Source: Dudresnaya verticillata (taxonomy: Eukaryota). Taken from it: a DNA stretch of 64,000 nucleotides. The DNA is taken from NCBI GenBank assembly GCA_977862235.1, contig OZ374562.1, positions 434,001 to 498,000 on the forward strand, read 5' to 3'. The notes beneath the pieces were generated by a model. It made no database searches. It was given only the letters and a program-made list of their open reading frames with translations, and was not told where the DNA came from. A program made the position numbers and the translations under genes. Of this stretch, positions 21,961 through 33,349 are shown in pieces; positions within the stretch are counted from its first letter, which is position 1; every line of letters begins with the position of its first letter.

Positions 21961-24754
21961 CTACTGGGCGGCCTCGCCCCCAGAACCCACGCCGGGAAAG
22001 GCGGGCGCAGAGCCCGCTGCCCCCGGCGCCGCGGGCACGTAGCCCTCAACCACCATTGTGATTGCCGCTGGCGCTGGTGGAAGACCCCCGGCGGGAAGCG
22101 GAGGCGCCGAGCCTCCGTACGCCACTGCGCCCCCACCTATGGGAGCTGCAGGGCGGTAAGGGCCCATCGACGGGCCCCTCACTTGCGGAAGAACCGCTTG
22201 CTGTGGCACGACGCCTGCAGCACTGGGCGGCGCGCCTGCGCCGCCCTGAGCGCCTGGGTACATCAGTTGCCCGGCGCCTTGCCAAGGGGCAGCCGGGCCA
22301 GAAGGGCCCGGAGCGTACGACTGCATCGGCTGCATCGACGCATACCCCGTCGGGGGCGGCTGGTACTCCTCGCGAAGCCTCTTGCGCGCCGGCGCATAAG
22401 ACATGCGCTGGACTTCCCCGCGGAGCCTCTGCACCTCGCGGGCAAAGCCGTCCCGCTCGTCGCGGTATCGAACCGCGACGGCATTGGAGGCGTTGACGTC
22501 CTCCTGCAGCGCCACTGCGCTCGATGCCAGGGCCTGCAGGAGCGTGCGTGTCGACACGCCTTGCCCGACGCGCGCCAAGGAGGCCGCGCTGCGTACAGTC
22601 GGATCGGCCCAGACTGCCGCACTCACCGCCTCGTCCAGTGGGTCGACCACTGGAGGAGGTGGGACATAAGCCACCGCCGGCGACCCAGACGGTTCCGGCG
22701 GGGGCTGGTACACCTCAACGGCAGCGGCCGGAGGGGCGCGGGCCGTCGACGGCCCCGCAGCAGCCGGTCCGCCGACTGCCGCAGGGGCGGCTGGCGCACG
22801 ACGCGCAGACGCCCTTGCGGGCGGCGGGATGTATGACTCGGTCTCCGCCGCCATGACGGCCGCGGCTGACCCAGGGTTAGCACCCACGCCACGACGGCGA
22901 CGACCGGCGCGCTCAGTGCGGGCCATGTCGGCCACCGAGGCGAACCCGGAGCGCTCGACGCGCTCCCGCCGGTCACGTGCGCCACGATTGCGCTGGATCT
23001 TATAGAGGCCCCCTATCTCTGGCAAGAAGCCACACACGAACGCGTCGACGCGTGAAGAGAAGTGACGCCTCCGCGTGTGCTTCTCCGTTGCCGCAGCCAC
23101 TCGGCGGACTACGCCGAGTAGCTCGCCGAACCCAAAAGACGTGCCATCCGAAGGACGGAGCAAGTCTGGGAAACACGGCCTCTCGCTTGACCAGCCGGTC
23201 GCGAGGAAATTAATCAGACGGTCGTCGAAGACCCAGCCTGTCCCCTTCGCGAGGAGCTCGCTACAGTAGCGGCGGCCCACCTCGAAGGCGTATTCATCTG
23301 AGCGCCTAGCCAGGAGCTCACGACGAGCAGCTACGCGACCGACTGTCGCGTAGTGGAAATACCGGTCTACGGTTATCCACGGGATAGTGAATCCCGATGG
23401 CGTCTCCCGGTGGGAGTACCACTCCGCTGATGGGAACCCGGCCGCGTCGAGCGCCGGGTGCAACTTGCACCCCTTTGACGGGCGTCCTTCGCCCGGGGCC
23501 TTGCACACGTCCCAGTCCCGCTCCCCGAAGCACACCCCAAAGAGGCGGCGCGCAGAGTCGGCATCGGCCAGACGGTGCGCGAGGTCCACGGGCTCGTCGA
23601 CGGGCACCGTGCGCATCTCTGGGATGGTGGCAGGCAGGGGCGGGGCCCACTCATCGGCGGGTGTCAGGAAGAGGGCATCGGCTGCCCTGTCCACCCGCCG
23701 AAGCTCCTCAAGGGACGTAAGAAACGTCGCCGGGTAACCCTAACGGCGTGAGCCAGACTATGGCGTCCGCCGGGAGGAAAGCGGCATAGGCTGCCGCCCC
23801 TCCGTCCACGCTCGCGTGGGCCACCCTCAGGAGCCGCCGGACGCCTGCCCGAGGCTCCTGCAGCCCGCGCCACTGATCCAGCGGGATTTGGTGGCGCGGC
23901 GCCCCCCAGGCGAAGACCGTCTCTTTCGGGGGCGCGTGCTGTCCAGGGGGCGCCTGGCCCATGAGGGGCGGTCCGACTGAGACCGACACCCCAACAAGAG
24001 GCACGACGGGCGCAGCGGTGGACTCACCCACGCCCGCGGCCTCCCCCTCTGCGTTGGCAGAGGCCACGGGAGACGGCGTCGGGACCGTCGACGGCCCCAA
24101 GCCACTAGAATCGCGCGGCACAAAGGGTGCCGCCGCTGCGGGGACTTTCCCCGACCCTGATGGCGTGGGTGACCTCGACCGACTCAGGTCGAGCACCCTC
24201 GCCACCATCGGCACCGCGGAGCGCGAAGGGTGCTCCGCGGGTGCCCCTCCTCGCGTCGACGCGGGTTGATTGCTGTGAGCCGTAGGCCCTGCGCGAGGCG
24301 GGCCAGTCGGCTGAAAGAACCGAGCCGCCGCTACTGGGCGCGGGGCGGCAGAGGCCGCCCCACTCGGGTCCTTCACTCTCTTGCCCTGCGCCGCAGCAAG
24401 GGCCACCGCCTCTGACCAGACGTCAGCGGCGGGCGTTGGGGTGGGGTTGGCGTCGACGCCACCCGCCCCGGCGGACGAAGCCGGCGCAGCAGCCCCGGCC
24501 TTGCCCAGCGCACCCGTCGATGGGGGCGCTTCTTCTGGCGCAACCGTCGAAGGTTGCGCCTCTTCTGTAGCGACCGTCGAAGGTCGCTCTGCGGTTGGCG
24601 CGGCCGTCGAAGGCCGCGTCTCTCCGCCAGCCGGCGCCCTTGGCACCGGCTCGGCAGGCCCACCCCCTACGACTGCCTCAGCCGAGGAGGTGGGCTTGGT
24701 AACCGGCGCCCCCTCGGCGGGGGCGCCGTCCGCGATCGGTTCGCGTGACTCCAT
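21961..24754 (-). CDS. Element A antisense accessory ORF (~930 aa; one frameshift near 23710-23740 joins 23708-24754 and 21961-23694)
   Basis: Two long abutting ORFs antisense to pol, between pol and the 3' LTR; Ala/Pro-rich ends, aromatic core and coiled coil. Confidence 0.7.
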
Positions 24755-25074
24755 CGCCGCGTCGACGCTGGCGATGGGGGAGGAAGTTGAGAGGGTCGAA
24801 AGCTTGGCGCGTATGGCACTGGTCGACAGGCAGCTGTACGCGTGGGGCAGGGAGTGTTGGCGGTCGTGGTGAGCGATGACCAGACCACCCACCCCTCGGA
24901 GCCGCAGAGGCGGCTCCCTAAATAGCCCGTCGCGGCTCAGCGCGGGCACACCCGACGTGGCATCGACGCCCGTCACCGACGGACGCCCGGGAGCCCGCTT
25001 GCCAATCCCGGGCGCCGTCTTGGCCACCCCACAGCGTGCGCGTTGTAACGGTCGCAACCGAGGCGTTCGCGCTT

Positions 25075-25083
25075 GAGGGGGGG
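25075..25083 (+). promoter_or_regulatory. Polypurine tract of element A
   Basis: GAGGGGGGG 3 nt before the 3' LTR. Confidence 0.8.
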
Positions 25084-25086
25084 TTG

Positions 25087-25924
25087 TGTGGCATAGCTGT
25101 AAGACCAGCTGTGCCACGCACGCGCAGCTGTAAGACCAGCTGCGCCACGTGTGCACTGCTGTGCGCACGCTGTCAGCCGGTGGCGCCGAAGCCCCGCTGA
25201 ACTGTAAGGGAGTGCGCAGTGGCGCCCACGTGTACACGCGTTCGCGTGTGACACTGAAACTCCCATGTAATTTCTACGTTTATTGTTTTGTGAGTGTACA
25301 GCACCCTCTAGTGTAAGCGGCGGTCGAACGCCCTGCTGTCCCGCGCGCTGTGCGCACGCACTCCGGCGCAGAGCCGTTGAGTGCGTGACACGCGCGCGCG
25401 CACTCCGGCGTCGAGCCGTTGAGTACGTGTGGACCGTTCCGCCTACGCGCGCCCCCGGGTTACCGTTACCCGTACGCGTCGACGCGTGTTGGGGCGCGCC
25501 GGCGCACCTCCCGGGTTGGTGCCGCCGCAGGCCCTGTAGTATATCTAGTAGTCGCCCCTCTGGGCTTCAGTAAACCAAGGCAAGCCAGCCTACGCCAGGC
25601 TTGCCCTTTCTGCTTTGGGTTTCTTTCCCAGTCCTTCGCCCTACGGCTTCCCTCTTTCCCTAGCCGTCTAGGCTTTCCTTTTCCTTTCCCTACCGTCGGC
25701 TTCGTGCCTCCCCACGACGGGGACGCAGGGATCCGGCCGCTGCCGCCCGCGTACGGTACGCCCCGTGCGCGCTCAGGCTTCGACGCCGTTGATCCGCGAC
25801 CGTCGACGGCGCGCGCGGCCGACACCACCGCTCTACCACCACAGCTACCACCCTTCGACGGGTCTTGGCGCGACTGATCGACCAGCGCAGCTAGACGTCA
25901 GTTCGACCTGACGTCTATGCCACA
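25087..25924 (+). repeat. 3' LTR of element A
   Basis: Direct repeat of 12777-13614, followed by TSD GTTGG. Confidence 0.97.
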
Positions 25925-25929
25925 GTTGG

Positions 25930-26199
25930 GATGAGGACCGTGTCCTATCGGTGCCCCCGCTTAAGCCCGGAGTGGGTGAGCCACATTTCCTTCATCGAGA
26001 AGATCGGCGTCCGGAATGGTTGGCCTTAGAGGTGCAGGCCTATCGTGGTTATGCGCCTCGCCAAACACCAAGGGATGCGTACCGTGACGGTTTGGACGGG
26101 GCCGAAGATTGGGGGAGTTGTCAGGAGACAGCGGGGCGTTCGCGTGCAATCGACCCGCGCGATTCCGTTACGGTGAGGCAGCAAGAAGCTGGCCCCTTC
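25930..26199 (+). pseudogene. Element B antisense ORF, part 2 (90 codons)
   Basis: Reads ...GYSW|DEDRVLSVPPLKPG...EAGPF| in frame with parts 1 and 3. Confidence 0.75.
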
Positions 26200-27785
26200 T
26201 GTAGTAGAATGGCCCTCGGCCAGGTAGTCGGCGATAAAACGGCGCGAGAGCTGTCCTGGGGACAAACAATCACGGTGGGCGGTAGCTCAAAGGAAAAGGG
26301 AAAAAGGGGTGTGGTAGAGACTTGTAATGGGTGTAATACCCAGGAACAAAGAAAAGGGAAGGCGAACCCTACAGCGTAGAGCAATCGTCGTACACGATAG
26401 GGCTTGTAGACGCCCAAGGCAAGGGAACAACGGTGGCACCGTAGGAAGACCAGAAAATGGGTACAGCCCAAAGTACACACCGCTGCCGGTTTACTGCGGG
26501 GCCCCTGCTACTCAGGGGCCCAATAAATACGGCGGGAAGCCGGAAATGCTACCCACTCTAAGTTAGAGTTATAATACTGACAGTTGCCTAATACTGTACA
26601 CTAAGGGTGGATTATGTAGTGCCAGGTGGGGGTCCCCCATTTTCGCTTTCAAGCGGGTTGATATGCAGCGTCTACCGACGGACGACCGCCAACGGCGCGC
26701 TCAACCCGCCCGCGGCGCAAACACGTCACCGAAGCATGCCGCTGGCCACTTGGACCAGAACGGCTCGCTTGGCGTGCAGACCGCACGCCTGAACCCGGGA
26801 CACTGTACGGCGCCACGCGTACGCGCATGGCGCAGTGGCGGGAACGTTCGCTGTAAGCATGGCCCGAATCCGGATCCAATCGGGATCCCACATCGGGATC
26901 AGACATCGGGATTAAGAGGTGTCAGGCACGCGCCTGTAAGCCTGGCGCATCCGCATGGCTGGCCCGAATCCGGACTGGATCGGGATTGGTGCGGATCGAG
27001 ATCGCACGCGCCATGGGGTGCATGCGGCTGTAAGGAAGTAATCCACCTGTAGGTGTAAGGACTCGAGCGGGGAAGCTACACGTGATCTGTCAGGAGCGCG
27101 GCTGCATGACGGACGGATCTGTCAGACGCGCCTCGGGACAACACGTGTCCCGAGTTCCCGCGTGGCGCGTAGACACGCGTCGCCGCCGCTAGGTAATTCT
27201 ATACTTAGTTGATCCGTCTCAGACGTCACAGTAAACCCCGGCAAGCCGGCCTTGGTCCAAGCTTCCCCGTTCAGCACGCGCGGACCCTACCGCTGCCTAC
27301 TACTAAGCGTCTACCTCCCGTGCTTCCACGTCTCTACCCGTCTTTGACGTGTTCCCTTTTTGTTCCCTTTTGTTCTTCCTTTCCGCCTCGGGCGTTTACA
27401 GTCCGCCCAAGGCGAGTCAACTGCTCTACCACAAGTCGCCCAAGGCGAGGCTACTCACCGCCACGGGCGTCGCTACCCACCGAGCCCCGAACTGCTCGGC
27501 GGTGTTCCGTCTAGGACGTTTGCACTACAGATTACAATCCAATGATAGGAATAAGTGGTAGTACCACTACGAGGTACCGGCGCGCTGCTGTCTGGCGCGC
27601 AATGCCAAAAATAGGTACAGGCGCGCTGGTTGTCTGGCGCGCAGTGCCAGAAATATGGGTGACCATGATTAATCAACCAATGGGACTCGGCCATCTCAAC
27701 CATCGCACCCTCGGGCGCCTCACGCCTTACAGGCGTCGCCTGTACACGTGTTTGCTTACAGCGCTCGGGCGCTCATTGTTCCACA
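26200..27785 (-). repeat. Solo LTR (~666 bp net) containing a nested solo LTR
   Basis: TGT...ACA termini; TSD CCTTC (26195-26199 / 27786-27790); removing it restores the reading frame; orientation inferred. Confidence 0.85.
26615..27529 (+). repeat. Solo LTR, 915 bp (family of 43830-44718 and 45386-46368)
   Basis: TGTAGTGC...GCACTACA termini; TSD GATTA. Confidence 0.9.
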
Positions 27786-27790
27786 CCTTC

Positions 27791-28783
27791 TTGGAAGAAC
27801 AGGAGGAGGTCATGCCCCTCGCATCAATGGCAGCGGATATCGAGAAGACAGCCGCTCCAATCCTTCCGGTGGCCGCTACACCCACGTCGCGCAATGTAGA
27901 TCGTGAGACTACTATTCCCGTATCGGATAAGGCACCAACGCCCATAGGCGCGGTTGTGCCTACTATGGCGGTGCCCAAGCCTGCGGCACCATCCGAGAAG
28001 GGGGCCTCAAAGGAGCAGACCGTTTCGGAAGTGGCGCCGGGTACTGTGCCGGCGGCACTGTCTACTGCGACGCAAATTCCTGCAGCCGCCGAACCGCCCC
28101 AGCCAAGTGCTCCGCTGTTGGCGCCCACTCCCATACCAGCGGTGAGTGAGGCTCCGATCACAGTATCGGAAGTGGCTGCAAAGCGCCCAAGTGTCGGGGC
28201 AGCTGGTGACAAGCCTTCGGTCCCCGCGTCAGGTCCTGAACCGTTACGGAAAAGCGATATCGCCTCGCTAGAGAAGGACACGAATCCACCGCTGCGGAAG
28301 GAAGTACCTTCACCCGAGTCGGGACCATCCGTATTGGTGGTTTCCTCAACGGAGCACTCAATCGAAGCCGGGGTTAGGGATAAGCCGTCGATCTACCCGA
28401 AGGTAGAGTTTCAAGAAGATGAGGATCCCCCCGTTACGGTTCCGGCTCACTTAGCCGCTACGGAAAGTGGGTTACAGGTGCTACGGGGCATTTGCCGTAC
28501 GCAGCGCTTCCCATTGCCGGGATCCGTTCAGGAAGCGCTAACCTTAGCGGAGGGGCTGATGGAAAAGGTGATTCATCTCCGCGGAGTGGTACATCGTCAG
28601 CGTCGGCGTATGGATAATGCAATCCGCATCTTAGGAGACAAGAAGCAACGCGCATTCCAACCGGATCCGACTGGAGAACCCGGGTTACGAACGGGTCAGG
28701 GGGTAACGAGGAAGATACAGTTGCCCCTGCTCCGAAGCGGCGTCGCCGTAACTCTTAGAGTTACAGTTCGACGATCTCCTTAA
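27791..28783 (+). pseudogene. Element B antisense ORF, part 3 (330 codons plus stop)
   Basis: |LEEQEEVMPLAS... Pro/Ala-rich, then helical VQEALTLAEGLMEKVIHLRGVVHRQRRR; stops 75 nt from the pol/chromodomain stop. Confidence 0.75.
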
Positions 28784-28858
28784 CGGTTTCAATTATGCCT
28801 CGACCTTAGCTTGCGATAAACATTGTGTGTTCTCACACACCAGCACTCCAACTGTCCG

Positions 28859-31800
28859 TTACGGCGAGTGACGTGTTGGATTAGCACGTCGCCGTGGCTT
28901 GCCCTTACCGGAGGTCTTTTTCTTTTGCTTCCAATACCGGTAGATGAAATTCTGCGGCAACTCCTCCGCGGGCTCAAAAGTGTCCTGATCCGGAGGGTAA
29001 CCATACCAGCGGACTTTATAGGTCATCCTAGTAGGTTCGTCGGGGTGACCGACAATCTTGTCGATCACATATTCCGTATCGGCTTGTAGAGGTTCCGCTC
29101 CGGAGGGTGTAATGCCCGCTGACGGCGTAGGCGTTACTGCCGTACCTTCTGGATGTGGCACTACTTCTCCTTAAACGGTTGATGGCCCGACAGGCGGCAC
29201 TGTTAAGGGCGCCGGCTGAACCGCAACTCCGATCGGAACTTTCGTGATGCGATCGATGCTTACTGGGATCAATACCCCTTCCTTGCGGAATGTAACCACA
29301 TTTTCCGTTGCGGATTCCACTTCATAAGGCCCCGTGGCTCGCGGAAGAAGTTGCTTCATTTCCTGAGCCACCTCGCCCACATTACCCGGTTTGCCTTCCA
29401 ATCGGTCCCGCTCACGGCGTTCGGCAGGCCGCAAGTTATGGGGCGGCCGGTCGACATAGACTTGATCTCCGCTACGGATTATGGGCCTAGAGCGCACCTT
29501 ACGGTCAAAACGTGCCTTGGCTTTTTGCTGAGCCACTGTCTGCTTAGTGCGCGCTGTCTGGAGCGCATACCGTAAACGGCTCATGGTGCTCCGCTTCTGT
29601 AACACCGGGGTCATACGCCCTTCCGTAACGGTTTCTTGATGCTCGGCAGGAGCCCCTCGTACAACAATGTCCGATGGGTGGCGTGTCAGCACCAAATCAA
29701 ATGGCGTTGTTTCCGTAATACGGTGTACCTGCATGTTGTACGCATACGTCAACGGCTGCAGGTACAAATCCCAATCGGAGTGATGATCCTCAACGTAATG
29801 TCGCAAACGCTGGGCGATTGTCTTATTAAATCGCTCAGCTTGCCCATTTGTTTGCGGATGGTAGGCAGCGGTTAATAGGTGCCTGAATCCGAGTAAGGAA
29901 CACACCGCGTCAAAGAACTTAGCAGTAAACTGCGGTCCGTTATCGGATAGGACAAATTGGGGTGCGCCATACGCATAAACCCAAAAGTCCAGAAAGGCGT
30001 TAGCCACCACAACGGCTGTTGTTGTCCGTAACGGAATACAGCGCGTCAGCGTAGAGAACCGATCGGTTATTACCAGAACGTAGACATAACCCCGTTTTGT
30101 CTTCGGAAGTGGCCCGAGAATGTCGATAGCGACAAACTCCAAAGGTCCGCTAGCGGGGAAAAGTTTCATAAACCTTTGATTCCGAAAGCGGGTTCCCTTT
30201 GTCTTCACGCAGGAGCGACATGTCTGAACGGATTCAAATACATCGTTGGCCATATGAGGCCAATAATAATCCTGTCGGAGTGTATAATACATCTTATTTC
30301 CGCCTGGGTGGCCCGACATCAGGGTGTAGTGGGATAAATACAATACCCGTCCACGGAGTTTGCTTGGCATCACCTTCTGTAGAGCGCCATCCAATTGGGA
30401 CTTGCGTACCAAGAATCCGTTACGGTCATAGTCAAACTGTGATCCAGGGGAGCCTACCGTATCGGCTTTGAGACGACAGAAAGGGTCTCTGGCTTGGGCT
30501 TCGAGGAACTCCTCCCTGGTAATTGTCTCATCCTTAACGTCGGATTCTTGGATTACAGTAAACCGTGACGGTGTTGCGTCGGGCTTGTCAGGGGAGGCAG
30601 ATGCACTCCCACTGGCGAGCTCCACGGCGCATATTACGTTATTTTCCGTAGCGGTTTCTCGTGATGTAGCCCAATCGGTTAAATAAACTCCATGCTCATA
30701 TAATCCGTCGACGGTATTTTCGGCGACAAAGCAGGGTATCTCTTCATCCAAAGGTCTATTGTCACCGCCATCCGTTCGGAGTCGCGACATCCCATCGGCG
30801 AGTTGATGCTTAATTCCAGGACGGTATTGCACCTCAAATTGAAATTCCGATAGGCGGAGCCTCCACCTGGCTAGGCGGCCAGATGAATCTGCGAGGTTCA
30901 GGATCCACCGCAGGGCATCATGATCCGTTCGGAGAATAAACTTGTCACCATAAACGTAGGGTTGGAGTGTTAACATGCTCCAGACCACGGCTAAGCATTC
31001 CTTTTCGGTTGTCGTATAGTATTTCTCCGCATCGGTGAGGCTTCGGCTCCAATATCCAATAGGGAGGTGATCGGCATTCTGTTGTTCCTGCAGAAGGACA
31101 CAGCCGACTTGGTGGTCACATGCGTCAGTGTCCAACGTATATCTATATCCGTGACGGGGTAGAGCCAATATAGGTGGAGAGATAAGGCGTCTCTTCAGTT
31201 CCTCGAAGGCTTCACATTCCGTATCGGATAATATTCCAAACTCAAAGGGTGAGCCCTTGCCGGTTTTCTCATTTAGCGGAGCTGAAATCCGAGCGAAGTT
31301 GGGTACAAAGCGACGATACACGTTGCACATTCCCAAGAAGGATCGCAATTCCGTTTGGTTAGTCGGCGGCTTCGCGACCTTAACGGATTGGATATTTCGA
31401 TTATCCACTTCTAATTTTCCGGGACGGATAACATGCCCCAGGTATTGTACAGACGCGTTGAAGAAGTCACACTTTGACAATTTCAACGTTACCCCAGCGG
31501 ATCGTAAAAGCGTAAGGACTTCCTTCAGGTGGTGGAAATGTTCCGTAACGGTTTTTGAGTAGACCATTACATCGTCTAGGTAGACGAGGGCAAATTGCCA
31601 TTTAACCGTAGAAAGGATTATATCCACTGCCCGTTGGAAGGTTGCCGGTGCATTTTTCAATCCGAATGGCATTCTCCGAAAACGGTATAAGCCAAAATGG
31701 CTAGTGAAGGTAGTTTTGTCCCTTTCCTCTTCCGGAATCTCGACTTGCCAATATCCACTATTGCAATCCAGGGTGGTCAATACAGTAGCTTCCCCAAGGG

Positions 31801-33135
31801 AATCTATGCACTCATCCATCCTAGGCAAGGGATATGAGTCCCTAACCGTTACGGAATTGAGCCTTCTATAGTCAACACAGAACCGCATGGTGCCGTCCTT
31901 TTTTAGAACGAAAACCACGGGGCTGGCCCACTCCGATGAGGCCGGTTCAATTACCTTAGCGGAAAGCATGCGATCGATTTCTGTCTTTTCGAGATCTCGC
32001 TGCTTATGTCCGGCACGGTATGGGGCTTGATATACTGGCTTAGCTCCGGGAGTTAACTCGATGCGGTGCTTGGCAGCTGTAATGTTGCCAAGATCGCCAC
32101 TCCACATCGACTTATATTCCTCGAGTAGGGTTAAAATCCGTTTGTGGAGCGATGCTTCTTCTGTGCCGATCTGGACTTGATCCTTCCAGTCGGTAGTATT
32201 TGTATTTTCGGTTACGGGTTTGCTTACTTCCTTGTCGTGAGGGGAGATGCTGCTGGCCTTTTCGGAGGTAGGGTTAGAATTAAATGATTGAATAATTCCT
32301 CCCCCTCCTTAAATGGAGGTATACCGTCAACGGTAAAAATAGCAGATGGGGCAGCAGTAGCGAGGCCCACGACAGTAGATTTGGGCAACCGTACCGGCTT
32401 GTTAGAAAACTTAGAGACCCAGATCCGAAACGGTTTGTTTGGTACAACATCCATAATACCATTAGCCATTAATGTAAGGTGCTTAAAAGCCGGCTTTGGA
32501 TGATTTTGTAGAAAGCATAACCCACCCGTGGGGGTATTAACCGTTACGGTGGTTTGAGTCACAGGGGGAATAAGGGTAGATTTTGCTAAACGAAGTTTCT
32601 GAGAAACCGTAGCGTTAGAGAGAGGTGAGGGCTGTAGGGTTGCAGTGGTTCCCGTCTTCGGAATTTTGGCTTGACCAACAAGGGATACCGGTGGGTAATG
32701 ATGAAAAACAACTTTCCGTAACGGAGGGAGTATTGCCTTCACGTAGCGGTCGATGAAGGTAGTTCCCAAAATACAGGGAGCCGCCAAGTTCGCGACCACT
32801 AGAAAATGGACGCGAGCACGGAGCTCTCCGATACGGACGAAAAGTTGGATCTGACCAAGAGGGCGTATAGCGCGATTAGACGCATCCCGTAATGGAGGAC
32901 TGGATGCTGGGCGTATGAGTGGGAGCCATTGGCGCGGAAGGCGCCTGGCACTAATGAGATTGGGCCCAGCGCCAGAGTCCAAGACGGAGATTAAAGGAAG
33001 CATCACGCTATCTGTCCGTCCCACGGTAATTTGCATCTTGTAATTTTGATGTTGCATAAAGAAGATAGTATCATTGGTCTGATAAGCCAATGGGAGTTCC
33101 GTAACGGTATCTCGCCGATCCCCTGGCGGGTCCAC
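28859..33135 (-). pseudogene. pol: pol of element B: PR (32224-33135), RT-RH-IN (29171-32107), chromodomain (28859-29161)
   Basis: VLDSGAG; LDCNSGYWQ, YLDD, DTDAC, integrase core, GPY; YVIDKIV..YKVRWYGY..TFEP; one frameshift and one in-frame stop. Confidence 0.95.
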
Positions 33136-33349
33136 ACTCGCGAGAGGTGGAACGCCGTGAGGCGGGGATGGCGGCGCCCTAACGCATCCCCCTTGAGTTT
33201 TCCGAATTCAAGGTTGCACCAGTCGGATCCGCCTCCATGGGCTCGCGCAATTCTGCGAGTTCCACTCCGTCATGGTCCTCCACCGATAGTATCGGGGCAT
33301 TCCGTTGCGGAGGGGGCTTTTGCGGTCTGCCCCTATTCCCTTGCGGATT

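Larger units (their letters stand above)
12777..25924 (+). mobile_element. Full-length Gypsy/chromovirus LTR retrotransposon A (13.1 kb, recent)
   Basis: Two 838-bp LTRs (one mismatch seen), TGTGGCATAG...CTATGCCACA termini, TSD GTTGG, PBS, gag, pol, PPT. Confidence 0.97.

Noticed and set aside
20784..22061. Plus-strand ORFs after pol as an env gene
   Set aside because: No signal peptide, TM or fusion motifs; GC-rich spacer sequence
24755..25237. N-terminal 161 aa of the 509-aa ORF
   Set aside because: Non-ATG start inside the LTR and crosses the PPT; ATG 24754 preferred
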